The translations under genes were made by a program, and so were the position numbers. Shown piece by piece: positions 45,904 to 55,589 of a stretch of DNA of 64,000 nt. The stretch spans positions 3,810-67,809 of the forward strand of contig JBBRCC010000007.1 in the NCBI GenBank assembly GCA_038205175.1, given 5' to 3'. The stretch is from Cytophagales bacterium (GTDB lineage Bacteria; Bacteroidota; Bacteroidia; Cytophagales; Flexibacteraceae). Numbering within the stretch: position 1 is the first letter of the stretch; every line of letters starts with the position of its first letter. The notes beneath the pieces were generated by a model. It had not been told where the DNA came from. It saw nothing but the letters and a program-made list of their open reading frames with translations, and ran no database searches.

Positions 45904-46665
45904 TTACACCTGAGAGTACACATCGCCTTGCTCATCGGGTACGATTTTGAGAACATGATTTGAAACCATGTTGATCAGCGTTTTTGAGGCTAGCCAAAGT
46001 GGAAGGTTGCATAGCTGGCTATATTCAATCAGCGTTGTTTTGCCGTTCTGTGCAATAAGTTCTAAGAGTTTTCTCTCTTTTTCGCCAAATACAATATGTC
46101 TTGTAAGCAACTCATTTTCAAGTTTTAGCAGTGACCGCACCTCTTTGCTGGCTTGAATGCTTTTGTCGGCATGGCGTACGAATACTTTGAAAACATCTGA
46201 GTCACTCTCGGCTCTGCAGGCGTAAGGTTTTTCTTTCCCTTTGGCAATGTGAAAAACCAAAACGGTTCGATGTTCATTGATTTTTACTTTTTCGACTGCA
46301 TAATCAATTTCAGGTTTGCAATGCAACTCAATATGTTTTTCAAGGGTAAAACGTTCCCCTTCAGCAAGTTTTAGGCCAGGAATGCTCAGATCGTCGTCAA
46401 CACCAATGAGCAATTGTCCACCATTTGTATTAGCAAAAGCCACAATTTCCTTCAATATTTTAAAAGGATGGTCAACTTTTCGTTTGAATTCAAGTTGGCG
46501 CCCTTCTCCTTTGCTCACCATTTTCTTTAGCAATACAAAGTCGAGAGGAGGGGGCATGGGTTTTGAATGAGATTGAAGGTACAAAGAAGCAAGTTTAGGG
46601 CTTTGATTGCGCAAGTGTTCAGTAAAACAGTTGTTGACCAATTTTTGTTGCTGCCGGGTGAGCAA
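45904..46665 (-). CDS. AlbA_2 (Schlafen-type DNA/RNA-binding) domain protein with C-terminal winged-helix
   Basis: EGRQLEFKRK....ILKEIVAFANTNGGQLLIGVDDD is the AlbA_2 signature. The C-terminus is HTH-like. The start is uncertain: TTG 46665 or ATG 46557. Confidence 0.6.
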   Translation of the reverse strand: MLTRQQQKLVNNCFTEHLRNQSPKLASLYLQSHSKPMPPPLDFVLLKKMVSKGEGRQLEFKRKVDHPFKILKEIVAFANTNGGQLLIGVDDDLSIPGLKLAEGERFTLEKHIELHCKPEIDYAVEKVKINEHRTVLVFHIAKGKEKPYACRAESDSDVFKVFVRHADKSIQASKEVRSLLKLENELLTRHIVFGEKERKLLELIAQNGKTTLIEYSQLCNLPLWLASKTLINMVSNHVLKIVPDEQGDVYSQV

Positions 46666-46720
46666 AATAATATTATGACTTGAATCTACTTTATAGCTTG
46701 CAGCCCCAAAAACGACCTAT

Positions 46721-48007
46721 ATGCCTCATCCACTTTCCTATATTTCGGCGGCAGAAGCCTTGCAAACTATTCAAAGCGGTCAGCGATGTTTTGTGCATGG
46801 CAGTGCCCAAACGCCCTTGTATTTGCTAAAAGAGCTAGCCAAAAGAGCACATGAACTTCAACATGTTGAACTCACATTCATCACTGTGCAAGGTGATATT
46901 GAGGTCGATAAACCAAAATATGAAGGTGTTTTCAGAATCAACTGTCTTTTTGTGAGCCAAAGTGTGCGGCAGGCTGTGCAAGAAGGTCGGGCAGATTTTG
47001 TTCCCGTATTTTTAAGCGATATCCCTGACTTGTTTCAAAAAGGGTATTTGCCAATTGACGTAGCCCTGGTTCAAGTTTCTCCACCTGATATTCATGGCTA
47101 CTGCTCATTGGGCTTAGGTGTAGACATTGCCCGAAGTGCTGTCGATTCAGCCAAAATTGTAATTGCGCAGGTAAATCCCAATGTGCCCCGAACGCATGGT
47201 GATGGTATGATTCATATAAGCAGGCTCACGCACATGGTGTATGCTGAAGAGCCTTTGCCGGAAGTGGATTACGGTGCGAAACTAGGAGAGGAGGAGCTTA
47301 AAATTGGGCGTGTTGTGGCAGAACTTATTGAAGATGGAAGTACACTTCAGCTAGGTATTGGCACCATCCCCGATGCTGTCTTGAAAGCGTTAGGGGGGCA
47401 TAAAGATTTGGGAGTTCACACAGAAATGTTCAGCGATGGCATTATAGAACTGATGCAAAATGGCGTAATCAACAATGCAAAAAAGAGGATTCACCCTCAC
47501 AAAACAGTAACTGGTTTTGCCATTGGCACCAAACGATTATACGACTTTGTGCACGACAATCCGGCTATTGCTTTTCTTGATATCGACTATGTGAACGACC
47601 CCAATGTAATCAAGCGAAACCCCAAAGTGGTTGCTGTCAACAGTGCTATCGAGGTGGATTTAACAGGACAAGTTTGTGCAGATAGTATTGGCATCTATCA
47701 ATACAGTGGCATAGGTGGTCAAATGGATTTTATAAGAGGTGCTGCATTGAGCGAAGGTGGAAAGCCAGTAATAGCTTTGACTTCAAGAACCAAAAAGGGT
47801 ATCTCAAGATTGGTGCCTTATTTAAAAACTGGTGCTGGGGTTGTGACTACCCGAGGGCATGTGCACTATGTTGTAACAGAATACGGAGCAGCGAATTTGT
47901 ATGGGAAAAACCTTCGTCAGAGAGCACATGCACTCATTTCAATTGCTCATCCTGATGATAGAGAGATGTTGGAGAAAGCTTCGTTTGAACGATTTATGCA
48001 GTTTTAA
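46721..48007 (+). CDS. Acetyl-CoA hydrolase/transferase family protein (4-hydroxybutyrate/succinyl-CoA:acetate CoA-transferase-like)
   Basis: 428 aa. LQLGIGTIPDAV, SAIEVDLTGQV and GIGGQMDF motifs. Confidence 0.85.
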   Translation: MPHPLSYISAAEALQTIQSGQRCFVHGSAQTPLYLLKELAKRAHELQHVELTFITVQGDIEVDKPKYEGVFRINCLFVSQSVRQAVQEGRADFVPVFLSDIPDLFQKGYLPIDVALVQVSPPDIHGYCSLGLGVDIARSAVDSAKIVIAQVNPNVPRTHGDGMIHISRLTHMVYAEEPLPEVDYGAKLGEEELKIGRVVAELIEDGSTLQLGIGTIPDAVLKALGGHKDLGVHTEMFSDGIIELMQNGVINNAKKRIHPHKTVTGFAIGTKRLYDFVHDNPAIAFLDIDYVNDPNVIKRNPKVVAVNSAIEVDLTGQVCADSIGIYQYSGIGGQMDFIRGAALSEGGKPVIALTSRTKKGISRLVPYLKTGAGVVTTRGHVHYVVTEYGAANLYGKNLRQRAHALISIAHPDDREMLEKASFERFMQF

Positions 48008-48010
48008 ACA

Positions 48011-49201
48011 TTAGACGTAACTCACCCACCATGCAGATTTGTTTCTGCTTTTTACCCGAGCAAACCAAACACAAATTGGGTATAGTACTACAACAACAAA
48101 AATCCAAACTGCGTAAACTACGGGAAGCCCGAATCCAAATGAATCTGGGTAACCTCTAAAACCTTGGCTTGTGTCTAAATCGGATAAGTTCCCTCCTCCA
48201 ATGAAAAATGCCAGTATGTTTAACCCATGAATGAGATAAATATGAACGGCGTAGTAAAATAAGGGTACAGTTCCGTACACTTTCAAAACATGGAGTCCCG
48301 GCAGTCTGATCCATTCAAATAGCAGTAGAAGCCAACAAGTGATTCCAATGGTTACCAAAGTGTACAACAGTGAAGGAGGATACTTGTCAACGTCGAAAAA
48401 AGTATAGATTGAAGTGGAAGCTTCCTGATCCATAACCCATGGATTGGGGTCGCCATACAACCCAAGAAATCTGAGACCTATAAAGAGTGCTATTCCTCCA
48501 AGGCCTGCCCAAAATAATACTATAGCCCGCTTTTGGTGTGTTGCTGTAGTAAATAAAGGCCCCATACAATAGCCCAACAACATGATGCCAAACCAAGGCA
48601 AAGCTGGATAAACTACAAAAGCTAATCGATCACCCAATGGAATTGGGCCTCCTTGATGCAGTATTGCCCATAGATATGCTTTTGTTGAGTCTTTTTCAAA
48701 AATGACATTATCGAACAAGTTGTGGCAACCAATAATGAGTAAAGCAATAAACAGCAACACGGAACGAGGAAGACCAAAAATAAAGCCTAGCATTACCATG
48801 GAAAAACCTATGGCCCAAATTACCTGCAAGAAAAAATTCTCATAGTAGGGCGAAAATGTCCAGCCAAAAATGATGAGTGTATTTTCAAGTAGTATGAGCC
48901 ACAAACCCCTGGAAATAAAATACCAGGACGCCTGCAATCCATTTACCCCAAGTTTTTGGGTATATAAAAATCCACCAATACCGGTAAGCAGCACAAATGC
49001 GGGCGCACACAAATGGGTAATCCAGCGGGTAGTGAATAACCAGGGTGTGGTTGTGGCAGCATCGAGTGGATCCAGGTGTAGTGACAACACACCGAAATGA
49101 AAATAATCTCTTGTGTGATCCAGAGCCATGAGCACCATCACCAAACCTCGCACGATATCTATGCTGGCAATTCTTTGGCGGGTGGATATTGATGCTTCCA
49201 T
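48011..49201 (-). CDS. DUF1624 (heparan-alpha-glucosaminide N-acetyltransferase-like) membrane acyltransferase
   Basis: 396-aa polytopic protein. N-terminal RIASIDIVRGLVMVLMALDHTRDYF signature. Confidence 0.65.
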   Translation of the reverse strand: MEASISTRQRIASIDIVRGLVMVLMALDHTRDYFHFGVLSLHLDPLDAATTTPWLFTTRWITHLCAPAFVLLTGIGGFLYTQKLGVNGLQASWYFISRGLWLILLENTLIIFGWTFSPYYENFFLQVIWAIGFSMVMLGFIFGLPRSVLLFIALLIIGCHNLFDNVIFEKDSTKAYLWAILHQGGPIPLGDRLAFVVYPALPWFGIMLLGYCMGPLFTTATHQKRAIVLFWAGLGGIALFIGLRFLGLYGDPNPWVMDQEASTSIYTFFDVDKYPPSLLYTLVTIGITCWLLLLFEWIRLPGLHVLKVYGTVPLFYYAVHIYLIHGLNILAFFIGGGNLSDLDTSQGFRGYPDSFGFGLPVVYAVWIFVVVVLYPICVWFARVKSRNKSAWWVSYV

Positions 49202-49216
49202 TGGGGTAAATAAATG

Positions 49217-49256
49217 AAAAAGGCTGCTTACTTTAGTAAACAGCCTTTTATTTTTA
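49217..49256 (-). terminator. Rho-independent (bidirectional) terminator after the 2097-aa gene
   Basis: Reads AAAAAGGCTGcTTACtttaGTAAaCAGCCTTTTATTTTT: a GC-containing interrupted stem flanked by A/T runs. Lies 19 nt past the stop. Confidence 0.55.
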
Positions 49257-49274
49257 TTATAATGAAAGTTTAAA

Positions 49275-52200
49275 CTACTCTAAGATGGTAATGGTTCCTT
49301 TGAAGACTTGCCCATTTCTGTTCTCTTTAAAGGTGAAGAAATAGGTTCCCGTTTTGTTGTTGCCTCCATCCCAAAGGTTGCCGTCGTTATAGTTTTTAAT
49401 TTCAAATGCCTTTTTACCCCATCTGTCGAAAATGAGCAATTCATTCTCAGGGTACAAATTCAAATTGTCAATGTACCAGCGATCGTTTTGGTTGTCACCA
49501 TTAGGTGTAATCACATTAGTAAACTTGAGGACGTTTTTGAAATCAACACAGATGGCGTTGGAATAAGCTAGTCGGTTTGTTCCTGTTTGAATAGCCACGA
49601 TTCGATAGCATTGATTGAATCCTTCTCCACCGTTGTCTTTTTCAAAACGAACAACGCTGGCAGCAAGTCCTGACTCATACGGAGTAAAGCTACTTTCGCT
49701 GTCTACTTTGCGCAACAGGTTGTAGCCAGCCAAAGCAGGATTCCAGTTTTGATAAACGTTCCAATCCAGTGTGGTCAGTTTTATATTGTCAGGTCCCAGT
49801 GCAGTTGGGTTTTCTCTTCCGAAGCCATTGAGCAAAATTGTGTTTTGCGGAAGTGTGGTCAAAACAACATTACACAGATTTGAAGTCGACACCCTGTACT
49901 GGTAGGCTTTTTCTGAGGTATTGATGCTGTTGTCTGTCAACACTGTAGTTGTTTTGTTGATGTTGGCTTGAATGGTTTCCCAGTTATTCAAGCCATTTTC
50001 AGTTCGCTCAAGTGTCAGTGTTTCTAATAGATTTTCAGTGTTTTGTGCCGCAAAATTGATTTGGACCACCTTGTCGTCTTCTGGAAGGGTAGTAACAAGA
50101 TCCATGTTCAGGTTTGAATTGTCATTTATCAAAGGCAATGTTGTGTCTTTCACACAGCCAAACTCGCTGATTTCACGCACACTCAAACTTCTATCGTTCG
50201 ATTCTGACCAATTTACCCGAACAGCTGTTCCAGTTCCTGCTCCCTCGAAAGTTCCCCCATTCACTGTCCAGCTAAAAGTAGAAACTCCTGGGTAGTTTGG
50301 AGATGAACCTACGGTATAATTCCTGCCAGCTAGTATTTGTGGACAAATGGCGAAACTGTTGCCCGAAATAACAGGCCTCGGCAACGGATTCACATCTACA
50401 ATGCGAGTGTAAGGGACACCAACACAACCTTGATCTGAAGTTTCTGTCACTGAGATGGTGTATGAGCCAATTCCAATCCAGCCAAGCACATAATTGCTTG
50501 TTCCTTGACCTCCTCTTTGAGTCCAACCATTTTCAGGGCTTACAAGCCAGGCATAGGTTGAAGCAGGGAAACCGGGAAGCGAATACACAATACTGTCGGA
50601 GGTTATGGAGCATGTAGAAGCTAAACCACCTATAGATAGGTCGGCCAATGGCGTTGGGTTTATTCTCACGATTAATGTGTCGGATTGGCCAAAGCACTGA
50701 ACCGGCGTTGGCGGAACGGTAGATGAATCCAATGTACTGGCTACTTCTTCAACCCAAACACGCCCAAGCCCGTTAGTGATTGTCCAATCTAATGTAAAGG
50801 AGTTACCTGTGGTGTTGAATGAAGGAGGATTGCCGTTTATAGTTCTCCAAGTATATGTCGAATTAACAGAAGTAGGGGAAGAATATACCCTTTGCAAAGC
50901 CTGAGCCGAGCACAAAATGGAGTCTCCAACAGGTCTGCGAGGCCTCAAAATTTGATTGATCACAATGTTTGCTGAATCAGCTGGGCCATCGCATCCAAAT
51001 GCATTTACAGGTACAAAACGTACTAAAGCATTGGCGTTTGTGGCTCCCCAGTTTACAGCCAAAACACTGCTTCCCTGGCCTGATGCAATAATTCCGCCGA
51101 GAACATTCCATTGATAGCTGCTTCCTGCAGGTGGTTCTGCAATAGTGTAGCGAATGCCGGGAGAGAACGGGCAAACAGTTGGTACAAATGGCTCAAGACG
51201 CACCCTGTCTGGTCTTGGTTGATGGGTGATTTGCACAGAATCAAGACTTTGACAGCCAGTAAGTATATTCGTGACTAAAACTGTTAAGGTATTGGTAGTT
51301 GTAGTGGTGGCTGTGAATATAAATCCTGGATTGGAAATTGCAGCATTGAATGTGGTAGTGGAGCTTGACCAACTGTATGTCCTGTTGGTTTCACCTGTTG
51401 TTCCAATTTGAACCGTATTTCCGGAACAGGTGGTGTCGTTTTCCCCGGCAATCGCAATCGGTAATGGCAAAATACTGATTACAATGGAATCAGCATTGCT
51501 GCAACCAGTGGCCAAATTTACAACACGAAGGAAATAAGTAGAATCTGCTGTGAGTTGTGTTGGATTCAAATTCGTATAAACAGGATTTGAAATTGTGGTA
51601 TTGCTAAAACGAACACTCGCCGGGTTCCATTGGTAACCAAAATCTGCCACTGGGTCTGCACCCAGTTGCAAAGTATTTCCTGAGCAGAAACTTCGATTAT
51701 TGCCAACCACAACAATTGGCAATGGATTTACTTGAATTGTGACTGTATCCCTGTTAGTACAAGTGGTGGTGGTATTGTTTACAATAAGAATATACCTGGA
51801 AAAAGTGGCCAGCTGAGTACCGTTTGTAAGCCTGGCAACCGGATTGCTTATCACATCAGATGATAATCCTAATGCAGGATTCCATACATAAGCGTGACTT
51901 GCTAAAGGGGAACTACCCAAATTGGTCGATTGTTGAGAACAAATCACCACTGTGTCTGTAAGCGAGGCTATGGCAATAGGCAGCGGTTTTATGGTAACAA
52001 CTGCAGAATCTGCATTTTGGCAGCCAGTTTGGTTGCTTGTCTGCCTGATAACGTATTGTTGCGTTTGGTTTGCTCCACCAGTATTTGGATTTACAAGCTG
52101 CACCAGTGGATGAGCATTGCTTGCATTGTCCAATCCAGCAGATGGTGTCCATATCACTGAAAATCCGGAGCCAATGGGTGTGCCAATTCGGATGGTATCG

Positions 52201-55200
52201 CTAGAGCAAACGTCTAAATCTGGCCCTGCATTGGGCACAGGAAGTGGATTTACCCTGATGTTGATTGGTTTTTCATTCACGCAGCCTGTGTTGCCGATGG
52301 TAACCGTAAGTGTGTAAACTGTATCATAAGGTTGACCTGGATTGGCAGTTAATGAAATGCCTGGATTAGCAATTATTGCACTACTTAGACCTGCCACCGG
52401 CGACCAACTGTATCCATAACCTGTTACTGGATCTGCACCAAGAGGTAATGTAGCACCTGAACATAAGCTATCCCTATCGCTAAGATTCACAAGAGGCAAT
52501 GGGTTGGTTTTCACATAAATAGTATCCCGGTTGATGCAGCTTGAGTTTCTGTTTTGCACCCGAACTATAAGCTGTGAGGTGGTTTGGGCTTGACCAGGGT
52601 TTACAATCTCAGCTTGCGTATTGCTTAAGGTGTCGTTTTCTACCAAGTTTGCCGGTGTCCAACTGTATTGGTGGTTGGCCAAAGAGCCACTTCCAATACC
52701 AATAGGAATATTTGAACAAGTAACTACCGTATCTGGCCCTGCTTCTGCAATGGGCAAAGGCTTAATGGTCAATACTACAGAATCAGCGTTTTGACATCCT
52801 GTCCTATTTAAAGTTGATCGAAGCACATAAGTAAAACTGGTGTCGGCACCTCCAGTATTCGGATTCAATCCAGAGACTTTGCTTATCGGGCCAAATACTA
52901 TTCCAACACCTTCAGTGGGAATCCATGCATAGCTTCTGGTAAATAATTCATTATTAAGTGAACCAATATACGCACTATCACCTGAGCAAATACTCACATC
53001 CAAGCCAGCACTCACTACTGGAAGCGGATTAATGCGTAGGTTTAAACTATCTTCGTTGCGGCAATTGGTAACTGTATTAGTTACCACAAGTCTGTAGTTA
53101 TTTATCAGCACATTGGTACCGTTGTTTACATTCGTGTAAATTGGATTGGCAACCGTGCTAGATGACAAACCTGCTCCCGGCGACCATTGGTAAGCTCTAT
53201 TGATCTGGGAAGCGCCGCCTAAGGAAATGGATTGTCCTGAACAGATTGAATCGTTAACTCCAAGCACCACCTGCGGCAATGGATTTACTTTTACCTGGAT
53301 AGAATCTGTGTTAGAACATGTTGTAGTAGGATTTACCGCCAATAGCCTGTAGGTGAAAACCAAAGGATCGGTGAACGAAGGGTTTGCCAAAGAAACTGTA
53401 GTAGTGTCGCTCGTTGGTGAAACTAGTCCTGTGGCTGGCGACCATAAATAGTTGACCTGAGCATTGCCTGTGGTGCCGATTAGAGTTTTTGCATTTGAGC
53501 AGATGGTTGCTGTGTCAGATCCTGCATTTACAACTGGCAACGGGTTAATGGTTAATACCACAGTGTCGGTATTTTGGCAATTGCTTGGGCCATGGGTTAC
53601 TGTTTGTATGAAAGTACGCAACAAAGGATTGTTACTGCTATTTGCTATGGTGGCAAATGGATTGGCAATTGTATCGAAGTTCAAGCCTGAGTTGGCAGGC
53701 TGCCATGCATAGTTGTAGCGTGAAACCGGGCTGTTGCCAATCTGGAATGGTACATTGGAGCAAACAGATGTATCAGTTCCTGCAAATGCCACATTAGGTA
53801 CAAAATCTAAGCGGGTAGTATCTCTGGACAAACATTGACCAGGGCCTCTGGACGAAACTGTATAAACTCCACTTTGAGTCGGTGTGGCAGAAACCGTAGC
53901 ACCTGTTAGTGCCGACAAATTATTTCCGGTCCAGGTGTAGTTGTTAAAACCTCCCGAGCCTGCAAGATTTATGCTGGCACCCTGGCAAACAAAAGCTGAA
54001 TCGCCAGTACTAATGTTAACTACTGGTACATTTACGAAAACAATATTCCTGCTCACTGAGTCTTTGCAACCCTGACCTGAAGTAGCTATAAGTCGGATAG
54101 TTCCAGGATTTTGAGCCCAGTTTACAATTACATTAGATCCAATTCCTGTTCCAGCAATGATGCCGCCAATAGCTTTCCATTGCAATGAATTAGGCGGAGC
54201 GTTTGAAACTACATTGTAAGCCGCAATGCTGCTGTTGCTGCATACCGAATCGAGACCAACAATTGGGGCAGGAGCCTGAAAGGGCAAAACATTTATTAAA
54301 ATGGTGGCAGAAGCAGTTTTTGGTGGACAGCCTCTATCTGAAAATTTGATATTTACGGCAAAGGCTCCTCTGATTCCACAAGTGGTTTTCCACTTAAAAG
54401 TACTTGAAGCAGCTGTAGCTCCTTGCACATCTGGAAACGTAGCCAATGGTCCATTGTACCCATTTGTGCCTTCCAGGATATCGCCCGAAGTTTCAATGAA
54501 TACACTATCAGGATCTACTGCACCTACATTAAAAGTGAGTGAGTCACCTTCAAAAATTGTATAAGTATCGATTAAGGTTGAGCCAGGTGCGCCTCCATTT
54601 CCAATAGGGGTAGGATTATCTTCGCAAACTTGTGCCAAAATCAAAAACTCCCGTCGGGTAGTACTCAGCAAAACTTCAACGCCTGATGGCAAAGTTCGAA
54701 ACTCCTGAATTTGAATGGTGACTACATAGCTTCCGGGTGCTGTTATAAAATATTTTGTGAGCCCTGTTGTTGAGTTTATGCTCGCAAAGCCTGAATTTCC
54801 AAATGGATTGTTGGCAGTGTAGGTTGCAAGAAATTGAGCCAGAACAGGTTGCTCGTAAAACGAATTTCCTGGAGGTGGTAATTGATTAAGATTGCCAGCT
54901 CCACCAAAAGGTGTTGTAAGACTATAAATAAGTTTATCGCCGTCAGGATCTGAGGCATTGTTGATAATAGAAACTGTGTCGTTTAAACAAATGAAAGGAA
55001 CAGCATCATCGGCAAATTGCGGGCTGCTGTTGGGTAGAATGGGCGAAGGAATAAACGCCCAATACACATTGCCGGTAGAGCCTGGGTTTACCAAATTGGT
55101 AGTTATGTCGGATCGACAACAAGACTGAAAAGTGCAGTAATAACCCGCATTCGGGCTTCCCAAATTGGCTGGTAAAGGTAGATTTACATCAAAGGTATAA

Positions 55201-55568
55201 TCGTTTACAGCAATAGCGATTTCATCCAAACCCGGAACGTCGCAAGTGGGCGGTTTTGGAATCACATAAGTAGGAATGGTACATGGATTGGTCTCATTTG
55301 GAATGCTAACCCTGAGTATTTCAGCCGTGGTGCTTCCATCAAAAATCCTGATTCTGGGGTTGTTGCCAAAGTTGCCGCAAGAGAAACTACTGGTCGGGCC
55401 CTTGTCCACATATCCTTTTAACCTGAGTTGATATTGAAAAGGGGCATTAGCCGGGCCATTTGCGCCAATGTATCTGTAGGTTAATTCACCTCCCAATACG
55501 TGAGTTGCTTGTGTTTGTTGGCTAGCAAAAATGGCAATGATGCCGATAAGCCATAAAATTCTATTCAT
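49275..55568 (-). CDS. 2097-aa surface protein with tandem Ig-like modules and T9SS type-B (gliding-type CHU_C) CTD
   Basis: Signal peptide ...SQQTQA then THVLGGELTYRY. Ten tandem ~86-aa modules and PKD-like Y.V....W.V.GG modules. CTD FTNVITPNGDNQNDRWYI...IFDRWGKKAFE...GTYFFTF. Confidence 0.85.
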   Translation of the reverse strand: MNRILWLIGIIAIFASQQTQATHVLGGELTYRYIGANGPANAPFQYQLRLKGYVDKGPTSSFSCGNFGNNPRIRIFDGSTTAEILRVSIPNETNPCTIPTYVIPKPPTCDVPGLDEIAIAVNDYTFDVNLPLPANLGSPNAGYYCTFQSCCRSDITTNLVNPGSTGNVYWAFIPSPILPNSSPQFADDAVPFICLNDTVSIINNASDPDGDKLIYSLTTPFGGAGNLNQLPPPGNSFYEQPVLAQFLATYTANNPFGNSGFASINSTTGLTKYFITAPGSYVVTIQIQEFRTLPSGVEVLLSTTRREFLILAQVCEDNPTPIGNGGAPGSTLIDTYTIFEGDSLTFNVGAVDPDSVFIETSGDILEGTNGYNGPLATFPDVQGATAASSTFKWKTTCGIRGAFAVNIKFSDRGCPPKTASATILINVLPFQAPAPIVGLDSVCSNSSIAAYNVVSNAPPNSLQWKAIGGIIAGTGIGSNVIVNWAQNPGTIRLIATSGQGCKDSVSRNIVFVNVPVVNISTGDSAFVCQGASINLAGSGGFNNYTWTGNNLSALTGATVSATPTQSGVYTVSSRGPGQCLSRDTTRLDFVPNVAFAGTDTSVCSNVPFQIGNSPVSRYNYAWQPANSGLNFDTIANPFATIANSSNNPLLRTFIQTVTHGPSNCQNTDTVVLTINPLPVVNAGSDTATICSNAKTLIGTTGNAQVNYLWSPATGLVSPTSDTTTVSLANPSFTDPLVFTYRLLAVNPTTTCSNTDSIQVKVNPLPQVVLGVNDSICSGQSISLGGASQINRAYQWSPGAGLSSSTVANPIYTNVNNGTNVLINNYRLVVTNTVTNCRNEDSLNLRINPLPVVSAGLDVSICSGDSAYIGSLNNELFTRSYAWIPTEGVGIVFGPISKVSGLNPNTGGADTSFTYVLRSTLNRTGCQNADSVVLTIKPLPIAEAGPDTVVTCSNIPIGIGSGSLANHQYSWTPANLVENDTLSNTQAEIVNPGQAQTTSQLIVRVQNRNSSCINRDTIYVKTNPLPLVNLSDRDSLCSGATLPLGADPVTGYGYSWSPVAGLSSAIIANPGISLTANPGQPYDTVYTLTVTIGNTGCVNEKPINIRVNPLPVPNAGPDLDVCSSDTIRIGTPIGSGFSVIWTPSAGLDNASNAHPLVQLVNPNTGGANQTQQYVIRQTSNQTGCQNADSAVVTIKPLPIAIASLTDTVVICSQQSTNLGSSPLASHAYVWNPALGLSSDVISNPVARLTNGTQLATFSRYILIVNNTTTTCTNRDTVTIQVNPLPIVVVGNNRSFCSGNTLQLGADPVADFGYQWNPASVRFSNTTISNPVYTNLNPTQLTADSTYFLRVVNLATGCSNADSIVISILPLPIAIAGENDTTCSGNTVQIGTTGETNRTYSWSSSTTTFNAAISNPGFIFTATTTTTNTLTVLVTNILTGCQSLDSVQITHQPRPDRVRLEPFVPTVCPFSPGIRYTIAEPPAGSSYQWNVLGGIIASGQGSSVLAVNWGATNANALVRFVPVNAFGCDGPADSANIVINQILRPRRPVGDSILCSAQALQRVYSSPTSVNSTYTWRTINGNPPSFNTTGNSFTLDWTITNGLGRVWVEEVASTLDSSTVPPTPVQCFGQSDTLIVRINPTPLADLSIGGLASTCSITSDSIVYSLPGFPASTYAWLVSPENGWTQRGGQGTSNYVLGWIGIGSYTISVTETSDQGCVGVPYTRIVDVNPLPRPVISGNSFAICPQILAGRNYTVGSSPNYPGVSTFSWTVNGGTFEGAGTGTAVRVNWSESNDRSLSVREISEFGCVKDTTLPLINDNSNLNMDLVTTLPEDDKVVQINFAAQNTENLLETLTLERTENGLNNWETIQANINKTTTVLTDNSINTSEKAYQYRVSTSNLCNVVLTTLPQNTILLNGFGRENPTALGPDNIKLTTLDWNVYQNWNPALAGYNLLRKVDSESSFTPYESGLAASVVRFEKDNGGEGFNQCYRIVAIQTGTNRLAYSNAICVDFKNVLKFTNVITPNGDNQNDRWYIDNLNLYPENELLIFDRWGKKAFEIKNYNDGNLWDGGNNKTGTYFFTFKENRNGQVFKGTITILE
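51225..53805 (-). repeat. Coding tandem array: 10 x ~258-bp (~86-aa) modules with a 3-module higher-order repeat
   Basis: Recurrent [NK]PLP...AG.D...CS...LG....Y.W.P...........NP...............C.N.DS..... Boundaries are approximate. Confidence 0.7.
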
Positions 55569-55589
55569 TTGAAGCGGATTGATGCCCTT

